In this document: piece by piece, positions 27,901-39,965 of the stretch | How the letters are laid out: each line of letters begins with the position of its first letter | Numbering within the stretch: position 1 is the first letter of the stretch | DNA from: Lytechinus pictus | Lineage: Eukaryota | Length of the DNA stretch: 64,000 nucleotides | Assembly (NCBI RefSeq): GCF_037042905.1 | Contig: NC_087251.1 | Span: forward strand, 30,382,001 to 30,446,000 | Reading direction: 5' to 3' | Translations under genes and position numbers: made by a program | The notes under the pieces: model-generated | The model's database searches: none | Told to the model about the DNA's origin: nothing | The model's input: only the letters and a program-made list of their open reading frames with translations

Positions 27901-28442
27901 TATTACAATCATTATAATAATTTGCGATTATGAGTCCAATGCTCTAACCACTGGACCACACAACCTCTGTACTTCCACCAATAGACGGCGTACACAAAAA
28001 TATGCCAAAAATTCAAGTTTTTGAGCGCTCTGGTGAATTCAAAAATGATCCCCACGTTAGTAATGAAAATAAATTGGAACTGTATGGAAATTAGTATTTT
28101 TGGTTACAAAAGTGATATTTTAATGAACTTTTGAAGTGTGTGCTGTGTACTGCATTGGCTTACCATATTAGATCTACATAAAGATTCCCCACAGGCAGGT
28201 TGGTTGCAGTGAACAAGTGGACGATCCCAATTTTCTCACCAGCGCCTAACTTGTTTCTGTCTGATCTAACTTTAGAAGATTATTTTCTCCATGTTTATAT
28301 TTTCAATTTTAGTGGGGGTTGCATATTGAACTCTTGCCAAGGTAAGCCTCAAACTAAACTATTTAGATGCTCGCGCTGCGCCTGTTTATTAAAAAGAAAT
28401 TGTCGCTTGTGACCCCCGCAATTCTTGAACCTGGGGGGGGGG

Positions 28443-29840
28443 GGGTATTTTGAAAAGTCTCAAGTTTCCTCATAAGTTCCCCATCTAATGGAGTTCTAAT
28501 GGACCTCCAAATTTGTATTCTGAAAACTCTATTAGCGCTCAATTAACTCCCTTTAGGCCACACCCCTACTGAGCCGAATCGGCCAATCAATTGCGCTCTT
28601 TCAACATAGAATTTTCTACCAGCGCGCAGTGTTTCTTCACTTTGCTGGCTTGCAGCACAGCGCCCAGCTGCTGCAGGTGCACTGCGCCATGAGCTTGATA
28701 AAAAGCATTTTTGCTGAAAAATAATGCTAAATGTTTTTGCATCAGAGATTAGTGGTTTGCTATGTTGTTGAAGTTGACTGTTGTCTTGTCCCTTTCTCTC
28801 TCATTTTTCTTGTACCTTTGTTGCTTGTTTTTTCAATTTCGAATGCATTCTGATTTTCACATCCACCTATTTGAATCCATTTGTAGCTTTCTTTCTTTCT
28901 TTCTTTCTTTTACAATATGCCTCTATCTTCGGGATGGGGATTTTTCCAAATATTAATTCCTGCTTATTTAAAAAAATATAATACATTTCATTTTATTATA
29001 TAGGAAATCTCCAACCAAATGCTGATTTGAATAAAAAAGATTTTTTCAAAATCAAAAGCATTTCAATAAAGACGAAATTTTAACGAAAGCTGTGACATTT
29101 TAGATTTTATAGGTGGGGAAAACAATGACAATCATGACATCACTCATTCACTAATTGTTTTGTAGTCTATTCTATGAGAGAACATTCATTTAAATACTAG
29201 AAGTTTGATTCACCCTTAAAAACATTAATTACTGCACCTACCGTGATTTAGCAATCTCATTATTGTCAAAATAATGTGCAAAAATAAAATACTGTATGAT
29301 GCTAATAATAAAAGAAAATTTATAGAAATAATAGTCATATTTCCGTTATGTACACAATTTCTGTTTCCTTTTACCCTCTTTTCTAATTTCTTTATTATCA
29401 AATATATTCCCTATTCCTTATTTTACTTGTTTCTATGAACTCTTATCTTCTTTTCATTTATACTGCAGTATTTCCTTTTTATACCTTTCTCTTTTTCTCC
29501 TCAATTCTCTTCCTTCCTCCTACTTTTGGTCACAGCAATAAACCGATTTGATATTTTTTAGAAATGAAAGCCACACTAAAGAGATGGTGATCCAAGACTT
29601 AATGGACCTTTTATCACCAAATAGGCATAAGGTTTATCGCTAATCAGAACCGCAATGTTTTATGGGATCGAAAAGGGGGCAAGCAAGCTAGCTCCACGCA
29701 CAAAGCATTGCGGTTCTGATTAGCTATAATCTCTCTCTCTCTCTCTCTCTTGGGTGATCCCTCCACCGTTTTGGAGATTCCCAGACTTTATTGGAAAGTC
29801 CACTAATTGAGTGCTATAAAAAGAGACTTTTCAGAATACC
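28443..29840. mobile_element. TIR element (GGTATTYTGAAAAGTCTC ends)
   Basis: GGTATTTTGAAAAGTCTC at about 28444 and GAGACTTTTCAGAATACC at 29823-29840; another right-end copy at about 29952-29966. Confidence 0.65.
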
Positions 29841-30116
29841 AATAATACCAAAATTAAGTCTTGTAACTACTCAATTAAGTCTTTGCACGGTCATAATGCA
29901 AACTATTGCTAAATTGCACCCCTGCCAAATAAGGAAAGGGTGAGCCTAAGTGACTTTTCAGAATACCAAAATGGTTTGATTTGTCTGAATGATAATAGAC
30001 CACTATAAATTGAGCTTTCACTACCGCCCCAGATCTAGCCTTGAGGACTCTGTGATGATGTTTTTTAAATATAAATCTGTCAAATTATATTTAAAAACAT
30101 CTGTCAAATTATATTA

Positions 30117-31240
30117 ACAAGTGGAACGCCTCTGGCAGTCTCGCCTGCATCACGCGATTTAATATCAGCAGTGCTAACTTTGAAAACTACTATAAAATAA
30201 TCATTCACAAAAACACCATTCATATAATGACATAATACCACGTTCATTGACCATAAATGACATTTGAACGGTGACTTCAGACTTGTCAACTACACCCATG
30301 TCCACATTTCATTCACTCTATCCATAAACTTTCAAAGTTATGATGGCAATTCAACAATTACCCCAACATGGCCTAAGTTTATTGACCTTAACTGACCTTT
30401 GACCTTGGTTTTGTGACCTGAAACTCACAGGGGATGTTCAGTGATACTTGATTACTCTTATATCCCAAGTTTTATGAACTAGATCTATAAACTTTCAGAG
30501 TTAGGATGGTAATTCAACAAATAACCCAAACATGGCCAAAGTTCATTGACCTTTAATGACCTTTGACCATGGTCATGTGACCTGAAACTCGTACAGGATG
30601 TTCAGTGATACTTGATTACTCTTATGTCCAAGTTTCATGAACTAGATCCATAAATTTTCAAAGTTATGATGGTAATTCAACAAATACCCCCAACTTGGCC
30701 AAAGTTCATTGACCCTAAATGACCTTTGACCTTGGTCATGTGACCTGAAACTCAGGCAGGATGTTCACTCATACTTGATTAACCTTATGTCCAAGTTTCA
30801 TGAACTAGATCCATAAATTTTCAAAGTTATGATAGTAATTCAACAAATATCCCCAACTTGACCAAAGTTCATTGACCCTAAATGACCTTTGACCTTGGTC
30901 ACGTGACCTGAAACTAAAGCAGGATGTTTACTAATACTTGATAAACCTTATGCCCAAGTTTCAAGAAATAGGTCCATATACTTTCTAAGTTATGATGTCA
31001 TTTCAAAAACTTAACCTTCGGTTAAGATTTTGAAAATAATTTTCCCAACATGGTCTAAGTTCATTGACCCTAAATGACCTTTGACCTTGGTCATGTGACC
31101 TGAAATTCAGGCAGGATGTTCAGTAATACTTGATTAACCTTATGTCCAAGTTTCATATTTGATGTTGATGCCGCCGCCGCCGCCGCCGTCAGAAAAGCGG
31201 CGCCTATAGTCTCGCTCTGCTATGCAGGCGAGACAAAAAA
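30117..31240 (+). mobile_element. Helentron-associated (HINE/DINE-1/Tsp-like) non-autonomous element with 163-bp tandem cores
   Basis: 5' sub-TIR GTCTCGCCTGCAT; cores with TGACCTTTGACCTT (periods 164, 163, 163, 192); (GCC)n; 3' hairpin GTCTCGC...ATGCAGGCGAGAC plus A-run; no TSD. Confidence 0.85.
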
Positions 31241-31703
31241 CATCATCACGGAGTCCTCAGCTTCAAGGCTACCCCAGTTCCAGATTAATATGTTCAGAGC
31301 TCCGCCGCGGCTAATTTGGAGTGCTATTGCGACCCCATTCTACCCCATTTTGGAGAGTATATGTCTGCCTAGTACTACACGGACGAGTCCAGGGGCCTGT
31401 TGCATGACGAGATGAGCGATACGTAGGAACGTCCTAGGACCATTCTTCCAAGATAGGAAGATTGGCGACAAATCAGCGCTTTCCGTTTCACGAAGTCAAT
31501 TTTGTCTTTCAAGTCCGCGACATCGATTGATATCGATAGTATTGGAAAAATATTTAGTCTTCATCGTCACCTGAACCTTTCATTTCGGAATGACGACTTT
31601 TGATAAAATCATATATTTCAATAAAAGGGGATCAAACAATGTTTTATTTATTACTGATTGTAGAATTGATGTATGGAGCTTACTTTATGAGGTAAAAAGA
31701 GAA

Positions 31704-33062
31704 ACAAGTGGAACGCCTCTGGCAGTCTCGCCTGCATTACGCAATTTAATATAGCAGCAATGCTAACTTTGAAAACTACTATAAAATAATCATTCACAAA
31801 AACATCATTCATATAATGACATAATACCACGTTCATTGACCATAAATGACATTTGAACGGAGACTTAAGACTGTCAAATACACCCATGTCCACATTTCAT
31901 TCACTCTATCCATAAACTTTCAAAGTTATGATGGCACTTCAACAATTACCCCAACATGGCCTAAGTTTATTGACCTTAACTGACCTTCAACTTGGTTTTG
32001 TGACCTGAAACTCACAGGGGATGTTCAGTGATGCTTGATTACTCTTATATCCCAAGTTTTATGAACTAGATCCATAAACTTCAGAGTTAGGATGGTAATT
32101 CAACAAATACCCCCAACACGGCCAAAGTTCATTGACCTTTAATGACCTTTGACCATGGTCATGTGACCTGAAACTCGTACAGGATGTTCAGTGATACTTG
32201 ATTACTCTTATGTCCAAGTTTTATGAACTAGATCCATAAACTTTCAAAGTTATGATAGTAATTCAACAAATACCCCCAACTTGACCAAAGTTCATTGACC
32301 CTAAATGACCTTTGACCTTGATCACGTGACCTGAAACTCGAGCAGGATGTTCACTTATACTTGATTAACCTTATGTTCAAGTTTCATGAACTAGGTCCAT
32401 ATACTTTCTAAGTTATGATGTCATTTCAAAAACTTAACCTTCGGTTAAGATTTTGAAAATAATTTTCCCAACATGGTCTAAGTTCATTGACCTTTAATGA
32501 CCTTTGACCTTGGTCATGTGACCTGAAACTCGTACAGGATGTTCAGTGATACTTGATTACTCTTATGTCCAAGTTTCATGAACTAGATCCATAAATTTTC
32601 AAAGTTATGATGGTAATTCAACAAATACCCCCAACTTGGCCAAAGTTCATTGACCCTAAATGACCTTTGACCTTGGTCACGTGACCTGAAACTCGAGCAG
32701 GATGTTCACTTATACTTGATTAACCTTATGCCCAAGTTTCATGAACTAGGTCCATATACTTTCTAAGTTATGATGTCATTTCAAAAACTTAACCTTCGGT
32801 TAAGATTTTGAAAATAATTTTCCCAACATGGTCTAAGTTCATTGACCCTAAATGACCTTTGACCTTGGTCATGTGACCTGAAACTCAGGCAGGATGTTCA
32901 GTAATACTTGATTAATGTCCAAGTTTCATGAACTAGGTCCATATACTTTCTAAGTTATGATGTCGTTTCAAAAACTTAACCTTAGGTTAAGATTTGATGT
33001 TGACGCCGCCGCCGGAAAAGCGGCGCCTATAGTCTCGCTCTGCTATGCAGGCGAGACAAAAA
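31704..33062 (+). mobile_element. Same HINE/Tsp-like family, second copy
   Basis: Same termini and cores as 30117-31240; contains a 355-bp (163+192) higher-order duplication. Confidence 0.85.
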
Positions 33063-34544
33063 CTTTTAAGATTCACAAACATAACTGGATGAAATCAAAA
33101 TGTTCATTATTTCCCTTATTTAGAACACGGTGTCCTTTTAGAGACACCTTTCATTGATATTTCAACGAAAGAGACCCTTGTCCGACATAAATATTTATTT
33201 AACCAAGTAATTTCGACATTTAATTCGTTCAATATTCTGTATTTTTATAGAATACATACAGTATATATAATGATGATTTTGCAAATTATTCGTTAATATG
33301 TTATCTGTTGAGGTAAAAATAGGGTTTGAATGGAGTAAACAAAATCAACAGTGTCTGATTGTATGAGACTAAAAAGGAAAATATGAGAGGCTGCCTGTGA
33401 AAAATCTAATTTATTTATTTTATTTGTCAGATATAACGCAAGAAATACAAATGTGAGTGTTCAGAGTATAAACATACCTCAGTTGCATGATGAGTAACCG
33501 AAGACAAGGAAAATATGAAAATTGCTGCAAACATGTCCAAGTGGATAAAAGTAGTGATTTGCAATAATAATTAAAACACTAAGGTGTGCAATCCGCAATG
33601 GAAAAAATACTATTTACAGAAATAATGCTAAAAATTACAATGATCATAAACGTCGGTCATCTTTAAAGTTGATCATTAATTTATGGAAGCTTATATAAAT
33701 GGCATTTATAAATTTACCTCCCATCTTTAAAATAAATTTTACGACATATACTAATACTTGTGAAAGTTTCATGCTTTTGTCAGAATTTGCACAATTGTTG
33801 TGATTTTTGGAGCTTATACGCTCTACTATATAAGAATATAGGGTTTAAGAATATAAAAAATATATATGTTCAACATTTCAAAGTTGAGGAGTAGAGACTA
33901 CATTATTGCTCTAACATTACATAGGGGCCGAAATAAGGGGCCTACCCTACGATTTAAAATGCGCCTCTTCGTATGAACTTTCCACAATCTTTTCTTTAAT
34001 GAACTTCATCTTCATTTGTAATGATTGTGATGGATTCGTAAGCTATAGGCCTAATCTGTATCTTAAATTCAATTAGCTATTTTGTTACTGCAGATTTTTT
34101 GTTTTGTTTCACTGTTTTACATCTCAAGTTAGCCCAAATCCGACAATTAATTTTCATTGATCAAAATTAATCTCAGCAAAAAAAAAAATAATTATAATAA
34201 AAAATAAAAATAAACTAGATTTTAATTCGTCATGCGGACGAATTAGGTGGTCTGTCCTTATTCTCGCCATCATGATCACTATTACCATGTTCAAGCAGAT
34301 CAATATGATCTTCATGATGACAACGGAATGTTCATTATGGATGGAATACTTGTGAAAGACGGGAGATGATAAAGCACTGTGAAAAGGGTCTCTTTGATAT
34401 ATGAAATTACATGTGATATGAAAAAAGTAATTATAATCTGTTTAATCTTGCTAAATTTTAACTTTCTTACCTTTTAATTATCATAAAGGATCATGTACGA
34501 GGTGGTAAAAAGAAAAAAAAAATGAAAAAAAAAATCATCTTGTT

Positions 34545-34617
34545 CACCCCCAGGACTCGAACCTGCGCCCCCGAGAACTCAAGTCAGGTGCGTTATCCAT
34601 TGAGCCACGATATTCCC
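34545..34617 (-). pseudogene. tRNA-like Pol III cassette inside the larger HINE (second copy at ~37126-37198)
   Basis: TGGCTCAATGG (A box) and GGTTCGAGTCC (B box) followed by oligo-T; the acceptor stem does not pair. Confidence 0.6.
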
Positions 34618-34796
34618 CATAGAGATTACACGTTCCCATAGAGATTACACGTAAGCAAATTTGAGAATTACAAATCCAATTTTGCAAGCGAAAAACGGGC
34701 ATGATCCTGGCATCTGATCGAAAAATGGAGGGCATATTTCCGAAAGCTTAGAATCTCAGCTACATCATACCAAAAGCTCAGGGATAACTAACAAGA

Positions 34797-35749
34797 ACAA
34801 GTGGAATGCCTCTGGCCGTCTCACCTGCATCACGCGATTCAATATAGCAGCAGTGCTGATTTTGAAAACTACTATAACTCGCACAAGATGTTCAGTGATA
34901 CTTGGTTACTCTTATTTCCACGTTTTATGAACTAGACCAATACACTTATAGAGATATGATGGCAATTCAACAAATACCCCCAACGTGGCCAAAGTTCTTT
35001 GACCTTACATGACCTTTGACCTTGATCATGTGACCTGAAACTCGCACAGGATGTTCAGTGATACTTGATTACTATTATGTCCAAGTTTTATGAACTAGAC
35101 CAACACACTTTCAAATTTATGGCTGTAATTCAACAAATACCCCAATTTGGCCAAAGTTCATTGACCCTAAATGACCTTTGACCTTGATCATGTGACCTGA
35201 AACTTGCACAGGATGTTCAGTAATACTTGATTACTATTATGTCCAAGTTTCATGAATCAGATCCATAAACTTTCAAAGTTATGATGGTAATTCAACAGAT
35301 ACCCCCAATTCGGCCAAAGTTCATTGACCCTAAATGACCTTTGACCTTGGTCATGTGATGTGAAACTCATGCAGGATGTTCAGTGATACTTGATTAACCT
35401 TATGTATAAGTTTCATGAACTAGGTCCATATATTTTCTAAGTTATGATGACATTTCAAAAACTTAACCTTAGGTTAAGATTTTGATGTTGATTCCCCCAA
35501 CATGGTCTAAGTTCATTGACCCTAAATGACCTTTGACCTTGGTCATGTGACATGAAACTCAGGCAGGATGTTCAGTAATACTTGATTAACCTTATGGCCA
35601 AGTTTCATGAACTAGGTCCATATACTTTCTAAGTTATGCTGTCATTTCAAAAACTTAACCTCAGGTTAAGATTTGGTGTTGACGCCGCCGTCGCCGTCGC
35701 CGTCGGAAAAGCGGCGCCTATAGTCTCACTCTGCTATGCAGGTGAGACA
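34797..35749 (+). mobile_element. Same HINE/Tsp-like family (variant subfamily), nested in a larger HINE
   Basis: Same architecture. The empty site AACAAGAAAAAATGGAG is visible in the paralogous copy at 37371-37387. Confidence 0.88.
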
Positions 35750-36792
35750 AAAAATGGAGATATAGCTCACGAAATAGAGGAATGTAGAATCTAGTTTTGA
35801 GAAAAAGTCATGTCCCATAGAGATTACACGTAAAATGAGGAAAAATGACATGCCTCTTTTCATCGCAATTTTACACCATGATGCGTTTTTCAAAATGAAA
35901 ATTCATGCTAACTGACGAGAAAGAGTACATTCTAAACTACAACATATCGAAATCTGGGCGAAAAATGATCAATATTCACGGAGTTATGATCAAATTTGCA
36001 TAAATTTGATGACGTCATTTTTGAAAAAATGAAATTTTCAGTTTAGGCGCAATTTTGATGACGTCATGATCAAATTGAGGGACAATGGTGACATGAAATC
36101 AAATCTACAACTCATACTCTATCGATATATGAAAAAAAAAATTGGGGTCAACGGACTATTTAAAGAGCTACAGTGAATTTTCAATAGACATGTTTTTGCC
36201 CATATATGGCCTGTAGTGAGAGCTCGCGCGCACACGTGCTGCAAAGTTTAACGGGTGATAATTTCGTTATTACTTGTCGTAGAAGGTTGATCAAGGTATC
36301 AAATTGTTCAGAATTATATTATCGGTGCATTGATATAAAAAAATTTGGCGATTCTATGTTGAAAGATGCAATTACGCGCAAAAACGCGCGCGCATGTGCG
36401 TGCGCGCGTTTTTTTGCAAAATGCTTAAAATGGCCTGAAACGTATGGAAAATTAATTTGGAACGAATTTGAGCATTTTAAAATTTTAATGCGCGCGTACG
36501 TGCGCGTCGAGGTGCGCGCGCGGAATTTGATGAAATTTTTAGTTGACCGTTGACCTGAAATTGATGTATACCAAATATAGTTGATTTTTGATGACTCGTT
36601 ATCGAGATATGATAATGACCTGATTTTTACAAAATGGCGCCTGGATGACGTCACGATGACCTGATGACCTTGAAAAAGTTGATTTAACTTGAAATCATAA
36701 GGCTTGATGACTGACAGAAATTTGAAGGAAATTGACCATGTCGATTTCGAGTGAACGTGTGTGCAAAAAAGTGTACGGAAGAAATAAAAATA

Positions 36793-38495
36793 AACTAGAT
36801 TTTAATTCGTCATGCGGACGAATTAGGTGGTCTGTCCTTATTCTCGCCATCATGATCACTATTACCATGTTCAAGCAGATCAATATGATCTTCATGATGA
36901 CAACGGAATGTTCATTATGGATGGAATACTTGTGAAAGACGGGAGATGATAAAGCACTGTGAAAAGGGTCTCTTTGATATATGAAAATACATGTGATATG
37001 AAAAAAGTTATTATAATCTGTTTAATCTTGCTAAATTTTAACTTTAATACCTTTTAATTATCATAAAGGATCATGTACGAGGTGGTAAAAAGAAAAAAAA
37101 AAATGAAAAAAAAAATCATCTTGTTCACCCCCAGGACTCGAACCTGCGCCCCCGAGAACTCAAGTCAAGTGCGTTATCCATTGAGCCACGATATTCCCCA
37201 TAGAGATTACACATTCCCATAGAGATTACACGTAAGCAAATTTGAGAATTACAAATCCAATTTTGCAAGCGAAAAACGGGCATGATCCTGACATCTGATC
37301 GAAAAATGGAGGGCACACTTCCGAAAGCTTAGAATCTCAGCTACATCATACCAAAAGCTCAGGGATAACTAACAAGAAAAAATGGAGATATAGCTCACGA
37401 AATAGAGGAATGTAGAATCTAGTTTTGAGAAAAAGTCATGTCCCATAGAGATTACACGTAAAATGAGGAAAAATGACATGCCTCTTTTCATCGCAATTTT
37501 ACACCATGATGCATTTTTCAAAATGAAAATTCATGTAACTGACGAGAAAGAGTACATTCTAAACTACAACATATCGAAATTTGGGCGACAAATGATCAAT
37601 ATTAACGGAGTTATGATCAAATTTGCATAAATTTGATGACGTCATTTTTGAAAAAATGAAATTTTCAGTTTAGGCGCAATTTTGATGACGTCATGATCAA
37701 ATTGAGGGACAATGGTGACATGAAATCAAATTTACAACTCATACTCTATCGATATATGAAAAAAAATTGGGGGTCAACGCACTATTTAAGGAGCTACAGT
37801 GAATTTTTAATAGGCATGTTTTTGCCCATATATGGCCTATAGTAAGAGCTCGCGCGCACACGTGCTGCAAACTTTAACGGGTGTTAATTTCGTTATTAAT
37901 GGTCGTAGGTTGATCAAGGTATCAAATTGCTCAGAATTATATTATCAATGCAACGATATAAAAAAAACGGCGTTTCTGCGTTGCGTTGAAGGCGTTACGC
38001 GCGGAAACGCGCGCGCATACCTGTGCGTGCGCAAATTTTTGAAATGCTTAAAATGACCTGAAACGTACTTTACTTTGGTCAAAAAGTGATTTTGAGCATT
38101 TTAAAAATTTGACGAGCGCGTACGCGCGCGTCTTGACCTCCAGGTGACCTTTGATGACATGACCTGTTGACCCTTGACCTGAAGTTGATGTGATGTTAAT
38201 TTGATTGATTTTTGATAATTGATAATGGAGATATGATCGACAATGTGATTTTACAAAATGGCGCCTGGATGACGTCACGATGACCTGATGACCTTGAAAA
38301 AGTTGATTTAACTTGAAATCATAGGGCTTGATAACTGACAGAAATTTGAAGGAAATTGACCTTGTCGATTTCGAGTGAACGTGTGTACAAAAAAGTGTAC
38401 GGAAGAAATAAAAATAAATAAAGAATAAATAAAGAATAAAGAAAGAAAATTCTGGCGAAATCAATAGGTGATCTGTCGTTGACAGACCACCTAAT
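36793..38495 (+). mobile_element. Larger HINE-like element, complete inner copy (~1.7 kb)
   Basis: Near-identical to 34213-36792 once the nested insertion is removed; has its own 3' hairpin at about 38463-38494. Confidence 0.8.
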
Positions 38496-39965
38496 AAAGA
38501 ATAAATAAAGAAAGAAAATTCTAGCGAAATCAAGAGGTGATCTGTCTTTGACAGACCACCTAATAAATGATTTACCATGTTTAACATTTTAGTTTTGAAT
38601 CGTGTTTTTTTTTTGCTGAACATTATAAACATGTTTTTACCTTGCATAATTTCTTTTAAAGAAATTTGTTTTCATGTTGTTTAATTAAAATGAGAAAGCA
38701 TGAGGGGTCAGAGAGATAGTGCCGCCCATTGCGATTTTTCAAAAAAAATTTAATGGAAATGGTGTGGGGATAGGACCGAGGGAGAATAAAAGAAAACATA
38801 TTAATAAAAATATTTGGGCCTACATTACCCCCGGACATAATAGTACCCCGGAGAAGTTAAATTGACATCCGTTTTTGGTCGTCTTGCCGTGCAAAAAGAC
38901 GACCTGAAATTGATGACAACTAGCCCCCATATAAAAAATAACTTGGCACTGTGACCATCCCAGATAATGCATCAGTGCACTCACACTATTGCGAGGTTAG
39001 TATATGCTATACGAACCTCGCACAACCTACGTGTTTTTGTAGTGGATTTTAGAGTTGTCGTTAACATCGCTTCATAACGTGAATGATGTTAGCCGAAACC
39101 CATTCCGCTACTCACCAGGGCTTTTCCTGGTAGAAAGCGTTCCATTTTCAATTTTTAACATATTTTTTTAATTTAAAAAGGACACAAAAAAGAGCAAAAT
39201 CGCTTATCTCCGCCTGGAAAGTGGCTTTGCACGTCTCTTCCACGGAAATAAAAGGAAGGTCGTTGGTGGCGCTAATACAGTTCACAACCTTAATTCAGCT
39301 TGGTGGTATTTTTAAAACTAGATTCATATTCATTGTATGCGCAATTCCAATAATTGTTTGATAAAATAGAGACCCCAATAAATGCAATAACTTAAAAAAC
39401 ATACTTTTTTATTATTTTCTGACGATAATACTTTTTGGAAAATATTCAAAACGATGACAAATTAAACAAAAAATAAAGAAAATTCTATGTACCTTGAACG
39501 AAGCCCCGCAAGTGCTACCGTTTGTTTGTCAATTAACGTTCCACCAAATTCTTTACAGTAAAAAGATTGAACACTTTGCCGACTTCGCGTAACGCTTTGC
39601 ATCGATTTACGTGTAAGATAATTTTTGTGTCTAGTCTTTCAATTGTAGTGTCTTTGATATGAAGATAAATCGCGCGTCCTTTTTCGCTCATTAGACAAAA
39701 AATTTGAGAGCTAGAAAGGTGGCTTTCGTATTTTGTCAACGAGAAGAAAAATCAATGCTTAAATGACACATTTTGACGCATTCGTATTAATTTTTCATAA
39801 AGTAATGTTATTTGTTGAATGCGCCGTGCCTTCAATTATTCTGTAGTCGGCGGCAGAGATGTAGCCGTGGGTTGCATCAGTGTGCAACCCCCAAAAATGT
39901 TTAAAGGTGATATGTCAGTGTGGCTTGCTATAAACACATTTTCTCTCAATGCCGACGGTGGCAGG

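Larger units (their letters stand above)
34213..38565 (+). mobile_element. Larger HINE-like element, outer copy (34213-36792 plus its 3' end at 38496-38565)
   Basis: Starts ACTAGATTTT...ATTAGGTGGTCTGTC; ends with an (AATAA)-type microsatellite and the hairpin AGGTGATCTGTC-ttt-GACAGACCACCTAAT, which is complementary to the 5' sub-TIR. Confidence 0.8.

Noticed and set aside
38048..38647. 199-aa ORF, plus ORFs at 36206-36935
   Set aside because: They lie within non-coding HINE sequence and microsatellite, and are not kept open in the paralogous copy.
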